Assembly (NCBI GenBank): GCA_963693365.1
Contig: CAVNZM010000001.1
Span: 13,750,418-13,814,417, forward strand
Reading direction: 5' to 3'
Source: Amoebidium appalachense
Taxonomy: Eukaryota; Protista; Ichthyosporea
Length of the DNA stretch: 64,000 nt
Shown: piece by piece, positions 1 through 29,855 of the stretch
Layout: the number at the start of each line of letters is the position of its first letter
How positions within the stretch are numbered: the first letter of the stretch is position 1
Notes under the pieces: model-generated
What the model was told of the DNA's origin: nothing
The model's input: only the letters and a program-made list of their open reading frames with translations
Database searches by the model: none
Position numbers and translations under genes: made by a program

Positions 1-384
1 GTATTGGGAAATGTGAGTGGATGCTTGGAGGGTAAACTTTGGAACTGCCTGCGGGTGGGAAAAAAAGCAGGAAGTCAAAGGAGTGGATGGGGGTGGATAT
101 TATGCTTGAATCTTAAGTGTTCAAGGTGAGGTTTATGCATACGGTAATGTTTTTTTTTATTGTTTTTTTTTTTTTTTTTTTTTATTGCCGGGTAGGGTGC
201 ATACGTGTACTTAATCAAAAACTTACGAGTCTTGCTGTTCGGGTAGGCAAAAGGCAAATTGCGGGTGCAATGTGCATGCGGTTGAATGAGTAACAGTCTC
301 TCAAACACTAACATTTCGCACGCACACACACGCGCGCACGCAAACACACACACACACACACACAATCACACTCACGTACACACA

Positions 385-419
<35 letters not shown>

Positions 420-466
420 CCCAAACCACCCACATATGTACACACAAGTACACACATACAGAAGGA

Positions 467-519
<53 letters not shown>

Positions 520-622
520 CCCCTCCTCCCCCCCCCCCTCTCCCCCCCCCCTCCCCCCTCCCCCCCCCTCCTCCCCCCCCCCCCCCCCCCCCCAACACAC
601 ACACACACACACGTACACACAG

Positions 623-16780
<16,158 letters not shown>

Positions 16781-16943
16781 CCAATCGGGTGCTAGCGTTA
16801 ATGTTTAGTAATTGCAGATATTTGAGACACCTAGAATCGATGTATTTCTTTCATGACTCTCTCGTCTTTCTTTCTCTCCGTCTTCCTCTCCTCCATCTTC
16901 CTCGTTTGATTGCTTATACTACCTCCTTTCCCCCTTTTTTTAA

Positions 16944-16988
<45 letters not shown>

Positions 16989-17126
16989 TCCCTGTTTTCT
17001 CTATCACATTCCATGCGATCCTTTTCTTGTTGTTGGATTGCTGATTCGGCTCGTTTCTATGTGTGCGGTCGGAAAGATGACTACAATAGGAGCCGAGTGT
17101 TCGTAGATGGATTGGGTTGAGGAGTG

Positions 17127-17239
<113 letters not shown>

Positions 17240-17796
17240 GGGGGGGAGGGGGGGGGGGAGGGGGGGGGGGGGGGCTTGCATGTAGCTTCGGTGTGTGAGA
17301 GGATTTTCAGATCTGAGGTATGTCTCGACGTCGGTCACTGTTGTCGATGCAAGATCACCAAACTACATATCCCCTCGCATCCTGTTTCTGTTGTTTGGAC
17401 ATATGAGAGGCAGGCACTTGCTTTATATTGTCTTTCGATTAAAACAGTCGAGAACAATACTGAATAGATGATAACCGGAAATCGTATCAGCGGTTTGCTG
17501 CTAATGTTTTCTAAGTCTTAGGTGGGTCGAGACGATGTTTTTTTCACCAGCCCACCATGATTGCAAATAGTATGACTGACTTATATGGTGATAAATAATG
17601 GTGAAGTTGAATAGTAACCAACTCACATAGTTAAAAAATATGATGATTGGTGATGATTATAATGTGTCATATAATATAAACTTAATGCAGTATATATGGT
17701 CAGAATCTGATCCATATAACATACATATATATATATATGTGACGCTGTGACATGCTTGTCGATGTGCCGTGGGTTAGCCTGGGAAAGGGGGGGTGT

Positions 17797-17836
<40 letters not shown>

Positions 17837-18795
17837 ACAGGTAAAAGATTGCACCGGAAGCTTTTTGCACTGACACCGGTACAATGGTCAGGAAATCTTT
17901 GCATGCCAAGCAACCTGCCTCCCCTCCCCCCTCCCCCCCTCCCCGCCCCCTTGGGGGGCATGCGGTGCCATATCTGTATATCTGATGAATAGATAATCTT
18001 CAGAGCACTGTGGAGATTCAAATTTGGGAAAATGGGCGGGGGGGGGGGTCAGATACCCTCTGGCCCCATGCCATGATTATGGACCTTATTATGGAGGGAG
18101 AGAAGAAAAGAAATCGCGAAAAAGGAAATGTGAGCGTATGCAAGCAGGGACTCTGAGGCACGAGACATCATGAAACTGAGCAAAGCTCGATTACGATTAT
18201 CGGATTGGGATGCATATGGGGAGGGGAGGTGAGGCCTGATGGGACGACGTGCTCGATCGCGAAAACCATACTCTATATGGGCATCTAGATAAGAAAGCAG
18301 GATGAAAGAAGAGAGGCCGGTGGGGGTGGTGATGGGTGGTTGGTACGTGTATGTGTGTGTGTGGTCTAGCGGAGGAGCCGAGGGGCGGGTGGGATGGGGG
18401 GCCGGGGAGGATGTTGTTTTGATATTGCATGCCTAATTAGCAGCAGATAGTATGAATTGAGTAAGAATTATGATTCTGTGAGTTATATAGAGGATTCCCC
18501 GTAGAGAGGGATGGGTTGGGGTGGCCTCTTGGGGAGGGGGAAGGGGGGGGGGGGGGGGGGGGGGGGGAGGGGGGGGATACCACTAAATGTTGGGGTGCAA
18601 GTGGTGGCGGTGATGGTGGTGGTGGTGGTGGTGGTGGGGGGGGGGGGGGGGCAGGTAATGAGCCGATTAATGCCGGGATGCATAGGTCTTAATACCTTGC
18701 ATGTGGTATGTGTTTGAAAGTTGTGTTATGTGCTTTTGTGTCTGCCCTTTTTTTTTTCTTTTTTTCTTTTTTCTTTTTTCCTTTTTTTTTTTTGT

Positions 18796-18827
<32 letters not shown>

Positions 18828-19411
18828 AGGGGGGGGGGGGGGGGGGGCACTTACTGTGTGCATAGCTCGCGCGTGTGCGTTTGTGCTTGCATGCGTGTGT
18901 TAGCACGCGTGTGCGTGTGCTTGTGTGTGTGTGTGCAGGGCCGGGGGGGGGGGGGGGGGGGGGAGGGCATATGGCATTGGGGGGGGGGGGGGGGGGGGGA
19001 GGGGGGCTTGAAGCAAACAGACTATAGCTATGTGTGTAATGATTCACAACGAAAATACCCGACGGCGAACCTTCATTCACTGGAGGATCAGTTGAAAATA
19101 TAACATGTAATCGGACTGCTGTACTTGAAATTAACTTTTGATATAATATTCGTTAAGGCCACGGGCCTGGGATATTCCAACTAACTTCCCGCTCATTCAA
19201 CATGTGCTCGAACATCATTGACCGTGAGCGTAGACCCTATACCCCAAGGCTTCCTGAATAGCTCTCACGCATCTTGCAGGCCCTACAATATAATACTTAA
19301 CATTACCTTCCCTATTCGGATACTTTCTACTCTTTCACAACGTAAACACCCTTAACATCAGTAGGTTGACAATCACAACATGGTCAAGCCACCAAAAGCC
19401 TGCAGAGGCTC

Positions 19412-19867
19412 TCAGTTAAATCCAGGGAAGTCCACAGTACCCGAAATAGCGTGACATGCGTTCACAAGCAGAACCGCCCCTCCGTAAATGATTGCATGTG
19501 CAGGTGTCAGGTTGGGCATCACAGTTCCCCAGTTGAGAACCGTCAACCCATCCAAAAGCAAAACGGGAAACACAGAGACGATGGCAATGGTTGCGTGATG
19601 TTCCTTCGGGGCCTTCAAAACCTTCGTCGTGAAAAACTTGACGAGAAGCGGCGTTCCCACACAGAAGGCTGCTGTCAGGGAGAGGTATGCAGTCGGGTTG
19701 CGCGGATTCAAAAGTGTGGGTCCCAGGGGAGAACGGCCCAGAATTATGCCTGACAACCACCCAGCCGCGCCTAAAGCAAGAGATGACGCAATGTGGGAGG
19801 TGGGTAGGGGCTTGGGGCTTGGCGCGGTGCCTGAGGGCTTGATGAGTGGTTGAGAGTCCTTGGACAT
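19412..19867 (-). CDS. Small multi-pass membrane protein, DUF5367-like, single exon
   Basis: 151-aa ATG-to-TGA ORF with no simple repeats and four hydrophobic segments. The pattern G..WL...LG...LNP.NP ... P.LLLDG..V....V.PNL.PA....GG..L matches my recollection of bacterial DUF5367 proteins; this was not searched. Confidence 0.75.
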   Translation of the reverse strand: MSKDSQPLIKPSGTAPSPKPLPTSHIASSLALGAAGWLSGIILGRSPLGPTLLNPRNPTAYLSLTAAFCVGTPLLVKFFTTKVLKAPKEHHATIAIVSVFPVLLLDGLTVLNWGTVMPNLTPAHAIIYGGAVLLVNACHAISGTVDFPGFN

Positions 19868-20835
19868 GGTGCCGGCCTGGTATGTTTGTTCGGTGTTTAG
19901 TGTCTACAGGTGGCTGTGTCGATGTGAGCGTGCGTGTACGCGTGCTGAAACTGAAGTGAAACTTTCAGGGTTTTTATGCAGTAGTGAGCTACCGCGGCTC
20001 ACTCTCAGCCAAGGTCTTGGAGTGAGCGGCTCACGCTCAGAATCCCTCGAAACTTCCCAGTTGGGGCAAACGCCTGGCCCACTTTCTATATCATTTAGAA
20101 ATTTTTAGTATGGAAAACAAAGCCACTCCATAGTATATACCAGAGAATATAAAATATTAGAAAAACTGCAGTCGTATTTGTGTGCCTGGCAAGCCTACTA
20201 CGGTTGGTCGCGTAGAGTGCTTCAATTGGGCTCAACTTGCGCAATTGCCGGCTCAGTCGAGTCAGTAATTTACACCGAATAAATCCCGGCAGTCAAAAGA
20301 AAAATTTACACCAAATGCAATTTGAAAAACGGATTGTTGAAGCCGGAATCTAACGGGGTTTATGGGGATTATCGAGCCTCGCCGGATTGGTTGTTTTTGA
20401 CCGCCTTTTTCGCATGTGTGACGTCATTCAGTGCACGCTGCGGCTGCGGGGCGGCGCCCGGCGCATGTACGCGTAGCGGGCTGCATCCTGGTCATGAAGA
20501 TAGATATTTTTTGGTTAAATAATGATTTAGAAAAGGCCACGACTGAAACTGGCCTCTGTTGCATGTGCTTTGAGTGCCGAGCGAGCAGCGTAAACCTTAA
20601 ATAAGTTGTTTTATGCAAGATGATGATGCATGCTCGAGCCCACACGCGTGACACAAGTGCACCGAACCCAAGTGCACCGAACGTGATGACTTGCCGACGT
20701 TGCCGCCGCGTTGAAACGAACATCGATATCACGCCATGCACTGATCATGACCTGTGTGATCATGATAGTATGAGTCGGAGCGCCAGGCACCGGTCTAGAT
20801 CTGGCACCCGGCTTCCCGGCCTATGTAACTATGAT

Positions 20836-20889
<54 letters not shown>

Positions 20890-21028
20890 AAAAAAGAAGA
20901 AGAAGAAGAAGAAGAAGAAGAAGAAGAAGAAGAAGAAGAAGAAGAAGAAGAAGAAGAAGAAGAAGAAGCCGAAGCCTTAAGCTTGAAGAAGAAGAAGAAG
21001 AAGAAGATATATATGCATGACACGCCCT

Positions 21029-21066
<38 letters not shown>

Positions 21067-21408
21067 ACAGTGCATGTGTTGCATAGACCTTGCGTTGTTT
21101 GCGCGGTACCCCGTGACCCTATTTATATTAATAATATAATGCCACTGTGTGTCAGGTTTTCAGGGCCAAATTTGATTCCAATAAGTTGAACTCAAGAATG
21201 GTTAGGACTTGCCACTGGAAGTTGTCCTTGAACTGCCAGTACCCAATTTGATTTAAATCTGAGCCCAAACCTATGTTCTTATCGTGCACTAGTAGTTGGA
21301 TCAACATATTCAAAGTTTCCTGTGTCATCTTGACCATGTGCATTGTCAACTCCCCCGCAAGTCCCCGCCCCCCCCTCTCTCTCTCTTCGCCCCTCTCTCT
21401 AGATCCCT

Positions 21409-21446
<38 letters not shown>

Positions 21447-22384
21447 TACGCCGTCCCACCTCCCCCAATCCTCTAAATTTCCCACCCTACCCCGGCCGTT
21501 CACTCCGTAAAATAACGAGCATAGCAAAAAGGCTCCCCTTCCCCCTGCTCCCCGACCCCCCCCCCCCCCCCCCCCCGGTCTTCTCCCTCTCCCCCCCCCC
21601 CCCCCCCCCCCCCCCCCCGAGCCTCCCCCCCCAAACGTTCACCCCTCCTCCCTTGCCCTATCTCCTTGCCTATTATCAATCCAACCTTTAGTAATACCCC
21701 CACGCTGGTTCCCCAATGGCATCTCCTTCTTTCTCCTTTCCCATGTAAGTCTTCTCTCTTTCCGTGACGGTGTATCCATCTGTCCCCTGCTCTCCCCCCC
21801 CCCCCCCCCTCGGAGTCCCCCCCCCCCCCCCCCTCCCCCCGTCCTTCCCACCTCTTCCACCACCACGCACACCATGATCCCCCACGTTGTTATGTTATGT
21901 ATGTGTATGTGGACTCCTCGGAGTCTCGGTGGGTTCTTTGTGGTGGTCTGTGTGCTATGTGCTTGTTATGGAGTCTCGGGTATGTCTCAACCTGTGAATT
22001 CATCTTTAATCATGCAAGACCTCGTGTGCATCTCTTTCAGTGTGCGTCTGTCTGTGAGTGACTGTTCTCCATGACCCGCTCAGGAATGACGGTCATGCAC
22101 GTGCTCTGGGATCAGGGCTCAGCCAGGCTATCCATACATGGTAATTATTACATCAATATCATTGGTTCATGTAGGGAAGGGATTCTCAACCGTGTGTGCC
22201 TCAGTGTACCACACACGTCCCGATGTTGTCCTCAGAGTCCAACTTTATCGTCTAAAAACATGACCCAGATTCCTTCCCCCTCTCTCGCCCCCGTCCCCCT
22301 TCCCCTCCCCTCCCCCTCTGGCCCCTCCCTACGTCACCACCACCACCACTACTGCCATCACCCACCACCATAAACCCCCCCTCC

Positions 22385-22415
<31 letters not shown>

Positions 22416-22600
22416 AAAAAAAAAAAAAAAGCTTGGTCCCTGTCATCACCACACCCATTCATGATTTACTCTTCCGATGCCCCCACCCACCCACCCACCC
22501 AACCCCACCCACTCTCCCCTTTCTTCTAAAACCCTACCATCTCTCCCCCCTCACATACACACCACACCCCTACCTCCTACCTATCCGCCGATCTCCACAG

Positions 22601-23115
22601 TGGACGGTCTGATGATCCAATCGATCGCCTTTATTTGACAACAACACCTTGCTAATTGTATATCCATTCGAACTCGAAATTCCGGGTTTTCTATGGCATA
22701 AGGCTGGACGGGGGGGCTCTACATGCCGATGGTTGGAGCGCTTCATGGCCCGGGGAAGACTCTTGGGCCCCAGTGATGGACGATCCGGAATTTCCAATCA
22801 AAATTAATTGAGAAGTCGTTCGAGGAGGTGCTGATGGGACAATTCTCGCCCCAAGTGCTGGTGAAATCGAGAAATCTCGAAAATAACGAAGTGATTATCT
22901 CGAAAAACGTCAGTTTGATCTAGTACTGGGGGGCTCTTTCCATTATGCAATATGGGAGCCGTACCTTGGTGTTCATGAATTCGACATTAACGAAGAATTC
23001 CGCCCACAGGGGGGGTGCAATTGCCGCTACGCTACAGCTCTACGTGAATGTGTTCACCCTGAGCGAGGTGGGACCATGAACAGATGAATGGGCATGCTAA
23101 TGACAACCCCCCCCC

Positions 23116-23146
<31 letters not shown>

Positions 23147-23480
23147 ACACACACAGTGTCACATACACCAAAATGCGCACACACATACACACATAACCCT
23201 GCCCATTCTTCCCTGGCACCTTCCAGAGTCAAATTTTAAATGATGTCGGATATGATAACTTAAGAGGGGCAGTATGTGTGTGTGCGTGTGTGTGTGTGTG
23301 TGTGTCTCAAGGTTTAAGTGTGTATTCCTGTGTTTGTGTTTGTGTTTGTGTGTTTGATCAACCTGCTTCTGTTGAGAAAAGGCAGTTTGGGAAGACTATA
23401 GAATAGAGGTGTCACCTTAATAACATTTCCAACCTTGCAGAATCGTGCAAATTATGACGGCGGCACAACTTGGGCCGGGG

Positions 23481-23520
<40 letters not shown>

Positions 23521-24269
23521 GCTGTTTATTAACGTCATTGAGGCATAAACACATCAGTGTCATCAAGTGTGATTCGGGACAACGCATGCTCCATAGGCGG
23601 CGGGGGTATCCTAACACAAACACGCGTTTTTCTACACAACAAACCGCCGAATCGCAAGCAACCGCGCAAACGAGATCGGGGGCGGGGTACGTGTGTCCCT
23701 GGGCAAATCCTCTGCCGACGGGTTTCGGAACTTCCAGACAGCCAACACATTCAGCAACAATATTGCTGCCGCGTGTTCCGAGCAAAGTTACTCCGGCGAA
23801 TGCGTAAATACAACCGATCCCGACCCATGCGCCGTAAGTCTTGACGCGCAGCTCTCGTGCGATCAGAATCTGATCTCCTCCGATTGTGTAAAGACCACAG
23901 CCGGTTGGTTCAACCTTGGAATCAAATGCGAATGCAAAACAGGATAATTTTGCTTTTCCTTCCGGTGATCACTACGTTTGCGAAAAGTGCACCTCGTGCG
24001 GCAAGGGAGAAGTTGCGAGTGAATGCACGAATTTTACAGACACGATATGCAAATTCTGGATGGATATGCCGGCCGAAAATGCGAGACCCCTGTGCTGTCG
24101 TCCAAAATTGCACAGACCCCACCCCCACCTGCCCCTTCCACCCCGAGGGCCTATTTCCGGCCGGCTGCCGAAATTGCACCGGGGGGGTTTTCCAGCATGC
24201 AAACAGTACCACAAACACAAGCTGTGTGCCCTGCAGTGGGTGTGGTGGAGAGGGCCAGGTGAGCCCAGA

Positions 24270-24302
<33 letters not shown>

Positions 24303-24469
24303 CCCCTCAACACACACACACACACCACCATATCAACAACAACAACCCCACCGCACACGGTCCCACCTCTCCCCCGCTCTCTTTCCCATGCCGATCAATC
24401 CATCAGCCTTCTTGCAATCTTATGCAACCAACCTCAGATGATGCACGTGTGTCTTCGTTACCCTCAACC

Positions 24470-24527
<58 letters not shown>

Positions 24528-25877
24528 AAAAAAAAGAAACACTACGACTGCCTCCACGATCTCAGCTCAGGACTTATTGGACCGGACGAAATTCCTGTTC
24601 ACCCTTTACCTGCACACACACACACATAAACACGGGGACACACATGCACACACCCCACACGTACACACGCGCACATACACCGGGAAACACTTAAAACGGG
24701 TAAGAATCACAGCGCAGGGAGGGGGGGGGGGGGGAGGGGGGGGGGGGGGAGGGGGGGGGGCTAATGGGAATACGAATATCACAAATGTTTCGTTTGGAGA
24801 AGGCAGGGAGAAGGAACCGAAAAAAACAATGCAAATAATGATCACCCTATCAAAACAGGGGAATGAGAGGGGGGTAAGGCGACCAATGACATCTAACGAA
24901 TCTGAATTTGGACCAATCATTTCCTCAGATGGTCTCCAACTGCACGTCCAATAATGACACGGTATGCATGTGCCCGTTGGGCTGGACGGGAAATCATTGC
25001 CGCACTCCGTGCCAACTACAAATCGGATGTGCGCGTGCCCAGAGTGGGTGCAAATTCTTGCGCATCGATTTCTCATTGGATGTGCCGTGCATGGAATGCG
25101 TCCCTGTATACTACCTCGACGTGCTCTCGATTAATCGCGACAACGTATTTGGTGTGTGCAAGCCGTGGGTGGACCGTATGCGCACCCAATCAGATCGAGG
25201 TGGACACTCCGACGGGGACCAATGACCGAACGTGTCGTAAGGTGGGGTAATAAAATTTTTTTTTTTTAAAAAAATGGATTAAAAAAACCCCACACAATGC
25301 ATGTTTTTGCATCATCTCTTTTACCCGCCTCCCCCCTCTCCCCCTCCCCCTCCCCCCCCCCCCCCCCCCTCCCCCTCCCCCCTTTTGCCACACACACACA
25401 CCCTCCTTCTCCTTCTCCCCTCCTCCTCCTCCTCTTTGAGAGCGGGTGAAACACATTTGCATTGAAATTTTCCCTAGCCACACTTTTGAGCCGGAGAAGC
25501 TGAAGTTTTTGGAGCTGGGAGTAAATGGAGTGTGATCCAGGGAGAGAGCATCTAGAGAGCGCTCGAGAGGGTCGGTGGAGAGAGTTGTTGGGTTGGGGGT
25601 ACAAATGCGGCTGTGTGTGTGGATGTATGGATGAGCATGCATGGAAGATTTTGATTATTTGTGTGTGAATGTATGAACGTGTGTGGAAGGTTTTTTATTT
25701 TGTATGTGTGGGTGGGTGCTCATGGTAACCCACTCATCTTGTCAGTTTAACTCTCGTTACAGTCCACATTTGCTTATTCCTCCTTACGCCACAACACAGC
25801 CTGTTTTGAATCACCGTGTGTTTGCTCGTGCCTTCCCCCCCCCCCCCCCCCCTCCGCCCCCTCCCCCCCCTCCCCCC

Positions 25878-25934
<57 letters not shown>

Positions 25935-26068
25935 CCCGCCGCCCCCCTCCCCCCTCCCCCCTCCCCCTGTTACCCTTCCCCCCCCCCCCCCCCCCTCCCT
26001 CCCTCCTCCACCTCTTCCTCTTCCCCTTGGCCCCTCCCCCCTCCCCCCCCCTCCCCCCCCCTCCCCCC

Positions 26069-26099
<31 letters not shown>

Positions 26100-26614
26100 A
26101 CACACTGCACACACACACATACACAGGCATTCACGAGCACACTCACTGACGATATCCCCTTAAACCCCTATACCCCACTAGGTGACCGAAATTACGGCGG
26201 GCCAGATAGCCGGCATGGCCATCGGCTGCTTCCTCCTCCTTCTGCTCTACGTCGATTTCGCGTTCTGTTTTGCCCGCCGTTGCGCCAAACGGGACACCGA
26301 GAAGGAAATTGCAAAATTACGAGCCGATATAATGAAAAAACACGAGTGGATAGACCACTACGCAGACGAGGCTGGCAGCGCCTTGGGTAAACTGTGGAGG
26401 GAGGAGGGGATAAGCGACCGGTCGAGGTTTGTGCTTCTGGAGGTATTGGGGGCCGGCGAGTTTGGACAAGTCAACAAGGGGGTTGTGTTTGTCGACAACA
26501 AAGCCGTGGAGTGTGCAATCAAGGTTTGTGCTCCCCTTCCCCTCTTTCCCCATCCCCCCCCCCCCCCCCCCCTCCCCACCCTTCTGCCCTCCCTGCCCCC
26601 CTCTCCTCCCCTCT

Positions 26615-26646
<32 letters not shown>

Positions 26647-27623
26647 CCCCTCCCCCACATACACACACACACATTGTTATCCACCACATATATGACATAT
26701 TGTGCAAGACAGGCACTATCCCCGTCAACAACGAGAAAATACACACTGTGATTTAATCCTCCCCCCCCCTCCCCCCCCCCCCCCCCCCCCCCCTTCGTTT
26801 CAGTGTGTACATACATGGTCCGCTCCGTCCTTTCAGGAGATTTTTTGAGGAGTAGAAATGTGTTTATCCCGTCTGGAAACCAGAAATGTATATCTCATCT
26901 GGAAACCAGAGATGTATATCTCGCCTGAAAACCAGCAATGTGTATCATATCTAGAAACAAGAAATGCCGGTGTATTAGTGTGCCTCCCTCTACTTTAAAT
27001 TTTGGATGATTCCATATGCCTTCTAACGAAGTTATCTGATATTCGAGGGTTCCATCAAACACCGTAAGTATATAAAACTGCGGCTTATGTTGCTCAGTCA
27101 GAAAAAAAGAAACTGAACAAAATGATTAAGCTTGCCAGAGAACAATTCGGAAAATTGGTTTTTTTTTCATTTATCTCAGGTGGCCAAGCAAACTAGCCAA
27201 CAGGCACGAGACGACTTCCTACGAGAGGCCGAACTGATGAAGAAAATTAAGCACCTGCACATTGTGCGTATCTACGGAATATCCCACGACAGCGCGGATA
27301 ACCACGGCGAAAATTCAGACACAAAGTTATATCTCCTCCTGGAATTTATGGACATGGGAGATTTGCACGGGTATCTGGTGAAGAATGGCCTGGCGATGAC
27401 ACTGGCTTGCCGAATTTCGTACTATCTACAGTTGGCAATGGCTGTCGAGTGCTTAGGTAAATCCCCCCCTCCCACCCCCCCCCCCTCCCCCCCCCCCCCC
27501 CCCCCCACCTCCCTCACCGGCACCACCATCACCACCTCATGCATTCACAATAACGTCTGCCTCTACTCTAGCATATTGCTGTACAAACACACACACACAC
27601 ACACACACCCACACACACCCACA

Positions 27624-27668
<45 letters not shown>

Positions 27669-27713
27669 GCACACACACGCACGCACACACACGCACACAC
27701 ACACACACACCCC

Positions 27714-27793
<80 letters not shown>

Positions 27794-27872
27794 CCCACCC
27801 CCACACACACACACACACACACGCACACACGCACACACACGCACACACACACACACACGCACACACACACAC

Positions 27873-27950
<78 letters not shown>

Positions 27951-28006
27951 ACACCCACACACACACACACACACACACACGCACATACACACACACGCAC
28001 ACACAC

Positions 28007-28096
<90 letters not shown>

Positions 28097-28767
28097 GGTG
28101 TACACGCACTGGCACACATGATACACGTTTCTTCTCCCTGAACATGTCTGAATCTCCTTACCTAGTTCCTTCCCTTCGAAGTAAATCTTCAACAAAATCT
28201 ACGCCATGCATAACTGACTGTGACATAACCATTTCCATTTTTAAAATTTCCAACCCCCCCCCCCCCCCCCCCCCCCCCTCTTCCAGGCACCATCAACCCC
28301 CCCATTGTCCACCGCGACATTGCCGCCCGCAACATCCTCCTGAGCCGTCGGGGGACGGGTCCAGGGGGATTCCCCCTAGCCAAGCTCAGCGACCTGGGGC
28401 TTGCCCAGCGGGTGGAGGCGGGGTCTAAGGAGACGGTCTATCGAGACAGCGCAAAGGTCCCGGCCAGGTGGTGGGCCCCAGAATCGTTGAAATTTGGGCA
28501 GTTTAGTAATGCTACGGATGTATGGGGCACCGCTGTTACTGCTTGGGTACGTAAATTTCCCCCTCGCCCAACCCCCCCCCCCCCCCCCCCCCCCCCGGCC
28601 CACCCCACCACCACCACCACCACCACCACGACCACCCCCCCCACCCCCCACCCCCCCCCACCCCCCAGGGGAGCCCAGTCAAAATACAAACAAACATCAC
28701 TAGCACCACTGCATGCACGCACCACCATCATCACCATTACATACACTGGCACGCACAAAGACAAACA

Positions 28768-28825
<58 letters not shown>

Positions 28826-28826
28826 A

Positions 28827-28857
<31 letters not shown>

Positions 28858-28859
28858 AA

Positions 28860-28904
<45 letters not shown>

Positions 28905-29046
28905 ACACCCCTCCATCCCCTTTCACCAGCCTTCCCCCCCGAGACCTCCCTTCCTCTTGCCATCCTCCATCGCTAAAGACAAGCCCATGAACTCTTTGGG
29001 GTTTCTCTATAGAGGAGGCTCCCCATCATCCCCCCCCCCCCCCCCC

Positions 29047-29081
<35 letters not shown>

Positions 29082-29810
29082 CCACCCCCACCACCATTAC
29101 CACCACCACCTCCTCCTCCGTCATTACCACCACAGGATAAGACAAAGGGAAAGAAAGAAAAAAAATTAAAAAGGGATCTTCGTCTTATCACATCCCCCCC
29201 CCCCCCCCCCCCCCCCCCCCCCGCGCTCCCGGGGTCGTCAAAGGCTATGTTTAATTCTTAGTTGGACTCTGCATTCACCCATGGGCACGAAAAGATCCCC
29301 CCTTAATGAAAATTCACACCAACTATCTCTCTGCAGGAGATATTCACCAATGGCCAGGTGCCCTACGGCAACCTTTTCCATCCTATCCCAGGCTGTAATT
29401 TCCTGCCAACTATGATTGATGGCCTCAGCTACAACATTCGTCTCAAGCAACCACCCTCCATGCCAGACCAGCTCTACCAAGGTAACCCCCCTCCTTTCCC
29501 CCCCCCACCCACCCTTCCCCCCCCCCCCCCCCCCCCCCTTCCCCCCCCCCCTCCCCCCCCTCTCCCCCCCTCCCCCCCCTCCCCCCAAGGCACATCGCCC
29601 GAAAAAAGCGTAACAACACTATAACCTCCACTGTTTATGGCTAATCTCTCGTTCTTCTTCAACTCCCCTACCCCCCCCCCCCCCCCCCCACCCCCTCCCT
29701 CCCCTCTCCGCCCCTGCATAATAATTGTTTGTGCGTGTGTGCGTGCGTGTGTGCGTGTTTTGGAGGCGGGTTTTCTTTTCCTTCTTTCTTCTTTCTTTCT
29801 TTTTTTTTTT

Positions 29811-29855
<45 letters not shown>

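Noticed and set aside
20836-21063. Poly-P/K/E ORF from C-run, A-run and (GAA)n
   Set aside because: This is a compound microsatellite with no splice or domain support.
21150-22250. Additional 5' exons of the RTK
   Set aside because: The sequence is complex and coding-like but contains stops and no recognisable motifs or reliable splice phases, so it is not included in the call.
26851-26966. CRISPR-like array (also 13299-13457 and 50940-51520)
   Set aside because: The units are contiguous degenerate tandem repeats without unique spacers, located in eukaryotic introns, and there are no cas genes.
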